DNA of 64,000 nucleotides from an uncultured Pseudomonadota bacterium (lineage in GTDB: Bacteria > Pseudomonadota > Alphaproteobacteria > RF32 > CAG-239). The notes below the pieces were generated by a model. The model searched no databases. It saw nothing but the letters and a program-made list of their open reading frames with translations, and was not told the origin of the DNA. Shown one piece after another: positions 57,493 to 64,000 of the stretch. Where the stretch lies: positions 150,032 through 214,031 of the forward strand of contig CADCCF010000004.1 in the NCBI GenBank assembly GCA_902799835.1, given 5' to 3'. The position numbers and the translations under genes are program-made. The first letter of the stretch is position 1; each line of letters begins with the position of its first letter.

Positions 57493-58588
57493 AATTTGTA
57501 GTATATTGTTTCTGGCAACCATATTTAACTTAAATATGGTTGCCAAAACGTATGCTTATCTTTACGGCTTTACTCATTATAATCCCTACACCAAACAAGA
57601 AAGAAATCTTTCTTGGAAAGAAACTCCTTTACATTTGCAAAACTATCGCGCTGACATGCGTGAAAACTTGCTGATGCTGATACGTTATGCCAACCAACAA
57701 AATCCTGATTTCAAAATAATTGTTCACAACGGTCAGGATCTGTTGACTAAAAGCCTTTGGGAATATTCGCGCGACGGGTATAATACGGCTCGACACAATA
57801 TTGACATTGATGATGAATATTTTTTGTTTCATCACAAAGACTGGGAAAATGAACCCGAGCGCGGAACTTCAGCTTATGAATATTTGCACAAAATTGATGC
57901 TATTGCCATTGATAATTTTTACTGCGGCAACGGTAAATTCACCAATTTAGCTAAAAATCAACATCTTGATCTTATTACTATTGAACAATGTCCTGATCAA
58001 TCAGCCGTTGATAGTGCTAAAGCCTCATCAATGCTTGACAAAAAGGCTATTTATGCTTTCTCAGATTTAGATACTGCTTTCAACAGTATCGGCGACTATG
58101 ATATGATTAATGATTCGGCAAAAAACATTTACAACATCAGTGATGCTCAAAACATTCTCATTCTTAATGATGACAGCCGTTACAAAACTCAAGAACAATT
58201 AGTTGATGATCTCAGCAAAACCAACTACGATATTCTCGTTATTAAACCCTTGTTCGCCTACAATCAACGTTTCTCCTCTGAAAATTTGAAAAAACTTCAC
58301 TTTAAGAAAAACGGTTCCAAAAGGCTGTTAATCGCTGAATTCAATGTTTCAGAAGCTAATCCTAGAGAATATTATTGGCTTGATGGTTGGCATATTGGTA
58401 CACCTGATTGGTTGATACGCCCGTCTTTTTCATCACCAGACAATATAATTACCAAATTTTGGCGTCTTGAATGGCAAAAAATAATTTCTCGTTATTTCAA
58501 AGATGTCTTAAATGAAGGATTTGACGGAGTTTTCTTTACCGGCGTAGAAAATTACAATTATTTTGAACAACAAAATCCTTTGGAGTAG
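57479..58588 (+). CDS. Putative secreted glycoside hydrolase-like TIM-barrel protein (GH114-like)
   Basis: Signal peptide. The C-terminal GFDGVFFTGVENYNYF block resembles the GH114/endo-alpha-1,4-polygalactosaminidase family. Start at MSLLRI overlaps the pgm stop. Confidence 0.4.
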   Translation: MSLLRICSILFLATIFNLNMVAKTYAYLYGFTHYNPYTKQERNLSWKETPLHLQNYRADMRENLLMLIRYANQQNPDFKIIVHNGQDLLTKSLWEYSRDGYNTARHNIDIDDEYFLFHHKDWENEPERGTSAYEYLHKIDAIAIDNFYCGNGKFTNLAKNQHLDLITIEQCPDQSAVDSAKASSMLDKKAIYAFSDLDTAFNSIGDYDMINDSAKNIYNISDAQNILILNDDSRYKTQEQLVDDLSKTNYDILVIKPLFAYNQRFSSENLKKLHFKKNGSKRLLIAEFNVSEANPREYYWLDGWHIGTPDWLIRPSFSSPDNIITKFWRLEWQKIISRYFKDVLNEGFDGVFFTGVENYNYFEQQNPLE

Positions 58589-58594
58589 TGTAAG

Positions 58595-58861
58595 ATGAAT
58601 GAATTGGAAATTTTTACCATAACTAAAGAAGCTATTTTAACCCTGCTTAAAGTAGTTTCACCAATTATAGGCATTGCTTTGGCAGTCGGTCTTGTCATTG
58701 GTATTTTCCAAGCTCTCACTCAAATTCAGGAAATGACCTTAGCCTTTGTTCCTAAAATTATATGCGTATTTGCAGCTTTGATTTTGTTATTTCCTTTTAT
58801 GTTCGGACAAATGCAAAATTTATCCGAATCTCTCTTTGCGCGCATAGCTGCCGGCGGATAA
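58595..58861 (+). CDS. fliQ: Flagellar biosynthesis protein FliQ
   Basis: 88 aa, two TM helices, FliQ consensus. Confidence 0.85.
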   Translation: MNELEIFTITKEAILTLLKVVSPIIGIALAVGLVIGIFQALTQIQEMTLAFVPKIICVFAALILLFPFMFGQMQNLSESLFARIAAGG

Positions 58862-58868
58862 TTTTGAC

Positions 58869-59624
58869 ATGACTGAATTGTTGCACACCGATTTATATAC
58901 ATATATGCTCGTTTTTTTGCGCTTAGGCACGGTGTTTATGCTTATGCCGGGGTTTGCCGCTTCTTATGTCAACAATCAAGTTCGTCTTATTTTAGCCTTG
59001 GCCGTAACCATAGTATTACATCCCATCATATCTCCTCTTTTACCGGCTCAACCGACATCTTTTGCGGTTGAACTGCAATATATGATAAATGAGATAAGTA
59101 TCGGTTTATTTTTAGGTATTATCATGCAAATTTTGTTTTTTGCTCTTAATTTTGCCGGGTCTATAGCTTCGCAAGCTATTGGTTTTGCCAATGCCCAACT
59201 GTTTGATCCGGCTTTTCAGGGACAAAGCATGCTGATAGAAAGTTTTTTCAGTGTGGTAGCTTTGACTTTTATTTTCGTAACCGATATCCATCATCTGATG
59301 CTGGGTTCTTTGGTTGATAGTTATCAATTATTCTCGGCCACCCAACCGATAATGTGGAGCGATATGACCGAAAATTTATCTCAAACCATTACCCAATCTT
59401 TTACGTTTGGTTTCAAGCTTGGTTCGCCTTTTATAGCTTTTACCATTATTTTTTATTCTTGCATGGGCTTGGTATCACGCCTAATGCCTCAACTAAACAT
59501 TTTCTTTTTATCCCTGCCTTTGCAAATCTATCTTGGCTTGGGATTATTGTTTTTAACTATTCCCGTCATAATGACACTTTTCTTTCGTTATTATGGCGAA
59601 GGACTTCAATTCTTCATTGAGTAA
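58869..59624 (+). CDS. fliR: Flagellar biosynthesis protein FliR
   Basis: 251 aa polytopic membrane protein positioned between fliQ and flhB. Confidence 0.85.
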   Translation: MTELLHTDLYTYMLVFLRLGTVFMLMPGFAASYVNNQVRLILALAVTIVLHPIISPLLPAQPTSFAVELQYMINEISIGLFLGIIMQILFFALNFAGSIASQAIGFANAQLFDPAFQGQSMLIESFFSVVALTFIFVTDIHHLMLGSLVDSYQLFSATQPIMWSDMTENLSQTITQSFTFGFKLGSPFIAFTIIFYSCMGLVSRLMPQLNIFFLSLPLQIYLGLGLLFLTIPVIMTLFFRYYGEGLQFFIE

Positions 59625-59635
59625 AGGATACACTG

Positions 59636-60709
59636 ATGGTAGCACCTGAAGAAGAAGATGAAGCCTCCAAAACCGAAGAACCTTCCGAACGCAAAATAAG
59701 CAAAGCGAAAGAAGAAGGCGATATTGCTATATCGCAAGATGTCAAAAGTTTTATCATGTTGATTGGTGCATTATTTGTTGTTTGGCTGTTCGTACCGATA
59801 ATGTCGCGCTGGATGGCTGGCATCGGTGCCTCGTTCATCGAAAAATCTTCCGATATATCTCTCACCCCGCAAAACTTTGTCAACATATTTAAACAAGGGG
59901 TTATTGGTTTTCTCAAAATAATGGCAATACCCTTTGCCATATTTATGGTACTGGGTATAATTGCCTCTCTTAGCCAAACCGGTTTTATCTATGCCCCCAA
60001 AAAACTTGAGCCTAAATGGGAAAAGTTGAATTTTTTAGCTGCTCTTCCCAAATTCATTAACAAACAAAAAATCGTAGAAAGCATTAAAGGTATTCTCAAA
60101 ATAATCGTTGTATCAGCCATAGTCTACAGCGTCCTCAAAGGCTATATCTCACAAATAGAAATATTACCGGCCATGGGCTCATGGGGCATATTAAATTTTA
60201 TTCATCATGTGACCGTTTTACTAATCTTTACCGTGACAATTGCCGTACTAATCATCGCCGCTGGAGACTACGCCTGGCAAAAATATTCACATTTGCAAAA
60301 ATTGCGCATGACCAAACAAGAAGTAAAAGAAGAATTTAAACAAATGGAAGGAGATCCTTTGGTTAAATCCAAAATTCGTCAAATCAGAATGGATCGTGCT
60401 CGTCAACGCATGATGGAAAATGTGCCTAAGTCAGATGTTGTTATTGTCAACCCCACCCATTATGCAGTAGCATTGTCTTATAAATTTGGCGAAATGGATG
60501 CTCCTGTAGTAACTGCAAAAGGTGTCGATACCATAGCTCTGCGTATCAAATCAGTGGCTGAAGAGAACGATGTTCCGATTGTTGAAAATCCCCCACTGGC
60601 TCGTGCCCTTTTTGCATCTACTCAACTTGATCAACCCATTCCAGTGGAACATTTCCAAGCCGTAGCTGAGGTAATTAGATATGTTATGCAACTTAAAAAC
60701 CAGTTATAG
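59636..60709 (+). CDS. flhB: Flagellar biosynthesis protein FlhB
   Basis: NPTH autocleavage motif (VNPTHYAVAL). Size 357 aa. Confidence 0.9.
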   Translation: MVAPEEEDEASKTEEPSERKISKAKEEGDIAISQDVKSFIMLIGALFVVWLFVPIMSRWMAGIGASFIEKSSDISLTPQNFVNIFKQGVIGFLKIMAIPFAIFMVLGIIASLSQTGFIYAPKKLEPKWEKLNFLAALPKFINKQKIVESIKGILKIIVVSAIVYSVLKGYISQIEILPAMGSWGILNFIHHVTVLLIFTVTIAVLIIAAGDYAWQKYSHLQKLRMTKQEVKEEFKQMEGDPLVKSKIRQIRMDRARQRMMENVPKSDVVIVNPTHYAVALSYKFGEMDAPVVTAKGVDTIALRIKSVAEENDVPIVENPPLARALFASTQLDQPIPVEHFQAVAEVIRYVMQLKNQL

Positions 60710-63302
60710 ACCGGATAAACAGTTACAACGTGCACTGATAAAATTATCCGTGGCAATTATTTTGCTCAGCTTGAGCATCTTAAGCATCTTCGTCGTTCCG
60801 CAGTATTTGTTATACAGCTTAGGGCTGACTATCCTATTAACCATATGTTGTTTCGTTTATACCATAAAGACCTTAAAATCCGGTGAAGCTGCCATAAGTT
60901 ATGGTGGATTTGCCAACGAGATTATCAAACATTCATCCTTTGCTGAACTTATTGAAAATCCTAATGGTGAAAGTATTATTCAAAACGATGCAGCTATAAA
61001 ACTATTGTCAGGCAATGATGTTATGTCTTTTATCAAGAAATACATCTCTGAAGGTGCCGCTAATAAAGCCGCTTTATATCGGCTACAAACTGCTGTCAAA
61101 AACTTAAACCAGGAAAAAACTTCTCTATCTTTATTGTTTAATAATCAAAGCACCCATATTTTTAACGATTTGGAATATTTTGAAATCAGCGTTGCTCCCA
61201 TTTACCTCAAAAAACCCAAAATATTTAATGGGGCATTTTCGGTAAAACGCATAAAAAGCGAAACTTATTTGCACTGGAAAATTCGCAACATCACCTCACA
61301 AAATAATCTCGATCGCGTATTGCACGATGAATTAAACACCTTGCATGACTTCCTAGATGAACTACCTATCGGACTGTATAGTATTGACAGCAGTTCTCTG
61401 ATTACTTATGCCAACAGCGAATTAGCTAAGTTTTTGCAAACCTCTCCTCAACAACTTATCGGATCTTCGCTCAACGGACTTGTTTATCCGGCTAATTCTA
61501 TTCCGCTCAAAAATGATTTTTGGTTTGGAAAGGTCAACTTTAGTGATGCCAACAAAGAACAACATAATGCCTACATCTTTCAAACTTCTTATCGGCAAAA
61601 CGAAAAAATTTATTTTCGCGGAGCTGTAATTCACAACCTGCCAACTTTGAAAAACAATCGCCACGACATTGAAAAATCGCTTGATGAATTAAACAGTTTG
61701 CTCAAGAATTTTCCGATTGGCATTATCTTTCTCAACAACAAAGAAGAGATAATTCATTTTAATGATACTGCCGGCAAGTTGTTAAACTTCAATAATATGA
61801 TGCCGCAAAAACTTTCATCAATCATCAACGGTGATAATTTAAGCTTATTGCATAACGCTATTGATAAAACTAATCATACTCCCCACGACGCCAACATTGA
61901 GCTGAAACACAATGATACGTCATTGAATTTTTATATTCATCGACTTACTCACCAAAATGAAGATAACCTGATTATCTATATCTTAGACATCAGCAAGCAA
62001 AAAAATTTGGAAATTCAATTTGCCCAAGCCCAAAAAATGCAGGCCATTGGACAATTCGCCGGTGGAGTTGCCCATGATTTTAACAACTTGCTTACCGCTA
62101 TTATCGGTTTCACCGATCTTTTGTTGCAAAGACATGGTATAGGTGATCCGGCATTTGCTGACCTTATTCAAATCAAACAAAACGCCAACCGTGCCACATC
62201 TCTGGTTCGTCAACTTCTGGCCTTTTCGCGCAAACAACCGCTAATTCCTAAGGTTATTGATGTGACAGAAAACTTTGCCGACTTAAGTCAAATGCTCAAA
62301 CGCATTATCGGCGAGAAAATCAAACTAAATTTTCAACATGGTCCGGACATTGGTTACATTAAGGTTGATCCCAACCAGTTTGCACAAGTTGTAATTAATT
62401 TAGCAGTTAATGCCAAAGATGCCATGAACGGTGAAGGTACACTTTCCATATCCACTCAAGCCTATCATCTGTCAGATAATTACAATTTCGGTGATGATAT
62501 TATTCCGGCCGGAGACTTTGTCAAAATTGATGTTTCTGATACAGGTTGTGGTATCCCTGAAGAAAATTTAAATCGTATTTTTGATCCATTCTTTTCTACT
62601 AAAGAAAATATCATCGGATCTGGTACCGGTCTGGGATTGGCCATGGTTTATGGTATTATTCGTCAAACCGAGGGATTCATAAAAGTAGATTCCGTTGTTG
62701 GCAAAGGTACAACTTTTTCCATTTTCTTGCCTCGCTTGGATAAAATGCCTGATGAACAAGAAGCCTCTCCTTCCAATAAAACCATTACTGACCACACTGG
62801 GCAACCTATACTTCAAGTCCAAGAAACACTGTCAACACCGGCCAACATCAATCAAAAAATCATCATGGGATTAAATGTTACTCATACTATTGACCGTGGT
62901 AACTTTGCTTTCGCCAAAAACGGTAAAGCCGCCCGCATCTTGTTTGTTGAAGATGAAAAATCCGTACGCACTTTTGCCGTACGAGCCTTAAAGAAAAAAG
63001 GTTATGAAGTTGTTGATAGTGATTCTGCTGAAAATGCACTGGAGATATTGCAAAACGACAAAAACTTCGACCTGCTTGTTACTGATATGGTTCTGCCTGG
63101 AATAAGCGGTGCTCAATTGACCAATCAGGTAAAGAAATTTATGCCCGATTTGTTGGTAATTTTAGCATCAGGCTATTCCGAAGACATTGCCCAAAAAGAA
63201 GTTGATAACACCTATCAATTTGAATTTATTACCAAGCCTTATAGTCTTGATGACTTGACAGCTAAAGTTTTTAGTGTTCTAAATAACCGTCATGACAAAT
63301 AA
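60681..63302 (+). CDS. Hybrid sensor histidine kinase/response regulator, CckA-like
   Basis: 2 TM segments, PAS regions, H-box [17 protein letters not shown], the downstream block [12 protein letters not shown], HATPase domain and a C-terminal receiver domain. Overlaps flhB by 29 nt. Confidence 0.6.
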   Translation: MLCNLKTSYRPDKQLQRALIKLSVAIILLSLSILSIFVVPQYLLYSLGLTILLTICCFVYTIKTLKSGEAAISYGGFANEIIKHSSFAELIENPNGESIIQNDAAIKLLSGNDVMSFIKKYISEGAANKAALYRLQTAVKNLNQEKTSLSLLFNNQSTHIFNDLEYFEISVAPIYLKKPKIFNGAFSVKRIKSETYLHWKIRNITSQNNLDRVLHDELNTLHDFLDELPIGLYSIDSSSLITYANSELAKFLQTSPQQLIGSSLNGLVYPANSIPLKNDFWFGKVNFSDANKEQHNAYIFQTSYRQNEKIYFRGAVIHNLPTLKNNRHDIEKSLDELNSLLKNFPIGIIFLNNKEEIIHFNDTAGKLLNFNNMMPQKLSSIINGDNLSLLHNAIDKTNHTPHDANIELKHNDTSLNFYIHRLTHQNEDNLIIYILDISKQKNLEIQFAQAQKMQAIGQFAGGVAHDFNNLLTAIIGFTDLLLQRHGIGDPAFADLIQIKQNANRATSLVRQLLAFSRKQPLIPKVIDVTENFADLSQMLKRIIGEKIKLNFQHGPDIGYIKVDPNQFAQVVINLAVNAKDAMNGEGTLSISTQAYHLSDNYNFGDDIIPAGDFVKIDVSDTGCGIPEENLNRIFDPFFSTKENIIGSGTGLGLAMVYGIIRQTEGFIKVDSVVGKGTTFSIFLPRLDKMPDEQEASPSNKTITDHTGQPILQVQETLSTPANINQKIIMGLNVTHTIDRGNFAFAKNGKAARILFVEDEKSVRTFAVRALKKKGYEVVDSDSAENALEILQNDKNFDLLVTDMVLPGISGAQLTNQVKKFMPDLLVILASGYSEDIAQKEVDNTYQFEFITKPYSLDDLTAKVFSVLNNRHDK

Positions 63303-64000
63303 CATACCAACTCAAATGGCTTTAAATTTTCCTTGCCGCCCCAGTTTAGGGCGCGATGACTTTATGGTTGCCGATTGCAATCATCAGGCTGTTTCAATTA
63401 TTGACAGTTGGCCGCAGTGGCCTTATTTTGCCATTTGTCTGCTTGGTTCACCAGGATGCGGCAAAACTCACTTGGCGAATGTTTGGGCTCAAAAAATTGC
63501 CGTTACCCACAATCAGCCCTACCGCATTCCTTTTATCAAGGCATCGCAACTTTCATATAATCAAGCTTCGAACTTGTATGAGCAATCGCCTTACATTGTA
63601 ATTGAAGATTTACCTGAACTGCAAAATCAGGAAGCTCTCTTTCATCTTTACAACACCTATCGTGATTTGGGAGGTAATATACTTTTTACCAGTGACACTG
63701 CTCCGGCTCGCTTAAATTTTTCTTTGCCGGATTTGCGTTCCCGACTTAATATTGTACCTGTATATGAAATAAAAGCTCCTGATGACCAACTTTTAATGGC
63801 TCTATTACTAAAACTGTTTTCCGATCGCCAGATAACGCCATTTCCCGAACTCTTGAGCTACCTATTAAAAAATATGCAACGCTCTTTTTCTTATGCTCGC
63901 AAATTGGTAGAAGAAATTGATAATATATCACTTGAGCGCAAGCGAGCTGTAAGCATCGCCATTGCTCGTGAAGCTATCAATACACTGAACTCAGATATGC
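63292..64000 (+). CDS. DnaA-related protein HdaA-like (partial, runs off the window end)
   Basis: Walker A motif GSPGCGKTHLANVW. Hda/DnaA AAA+ layout. The ATG overlaps the stop of the upstream kinase by 11 nt. This gene is not in the ORF track because no stop codon falls inside the window. Confidence 0.6.
   Translation, partial: MTNNIPTQMALNFPCRPSLGRDDFMVADCNHQAVSIIDSWPQWPYFAICLLGSPGCGKTHLANVWAQKIAVTHNQPYRIPFIKASQLSYNQASNLYEQSPYIVIEDLPELQNQEALFHLYNTYRDLGGNILFTSDTAPARLNFSLPDLRSRLNIVPVYEIKAPDDQLLMALLLKLFSDRQITPFPELLSYLLKNMQRSFSYARKLVEEIDNISLERKRAVSIAIAREAINTLNSDM

Noticed and set aside
63356-63601. 81-aa ORF reported in the track at the 3' end
   Set aside because: Wrong frame. The real gene is the HdaA-like ORF in frame 1 starting at 63292 and continuing to the window edge.
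1-64000. Insertion sequences, transposases, integrases or phage genes
   Set aside because: No transposase/integrase-like translation was seen in any frame. Mobile-element activity is inferred only indirectly, from tRNA 3'-end duplications and the hairpin-bracketed foreign gene.

Overview
The window is AT-rich (roughly mid-30s % GC by eye) chromosomal DNA from what looks like an alphaproteobacterium. The evidence for that placement is a MipZ ATPase, a CckA-like hybrid kinase, an HdaA-like DnaA paralog (partial, running off the window end), a fliK-flgD-flgE arrangement, and perfect sigma-54 (-24/-12) promoters in front of flagellar genes.

The core content is housekeeping genes:
- secA, accB-accC, nifJ (pyruvate:ferredoxin oxidoreductase, PFOR) and two aminopeptidases (an M29 family enzyme and pepA)
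- tsaC/sua5 and nhaA
- rplJ-rplL and the rpmI-rplT-pheS-pheT operon
- pgm (phosphoglucomutase) and mutT

There are two flagellar clusters: fliK-flgD-flgE, and a second flgE-like gene coupled to a GtrA-like gene, followed further on by fliQ-fliR-flhB. A cell-shape and division neighbourhood carries bactofilin next to an M23 peptidase, a DacA-like carboxypeptidase with a SPOR domain, and MipZ.

The accessory and unusual content is:
1. A roughly 60% GC flotillin gene precisely bracketed by two identical 37-bp hairpin repeats, which looks like a horizontally acquired cassette, lying next to a native AT-rich SPFH paralog.
2. A 1.3-kb ORF-free region that follows a near-consensus sigma-70 promoter and contains two tandem copies of a roughly 70-nt element whose hairpin shows compensatory base changes, making it a candidate structured RNA.
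3. A dispersed hairpin element family with two copies and a conserved AAAACTGCGAA...GTGTAGATAA leader.
4. A three-gene cluster of unrecognisable ORFs, two of them with raised GC.
5. A 976-aa leucine-rich-repeat protein resembling a host-interaction effector.
6. A tRNA-Gln locus and a tRNA-His locus, each with a duplicated tRNA 3' end and tRNA fragment debris, consistent with integration scars.
7. An ECF sigma factor, a Spy/CpxP-like protein and a His/Gly-rich secreted protein that look like an envelope or metal stress module.
8. A short beta-class DNA methyltransferase with an unknown upstream partner.

I saw no rRNA, CRISPR array, transposase or integrase.

All CDS coordinates include the stop codon. 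Start codons were adjusted where the ORF-track start is clearly an upstream extension.
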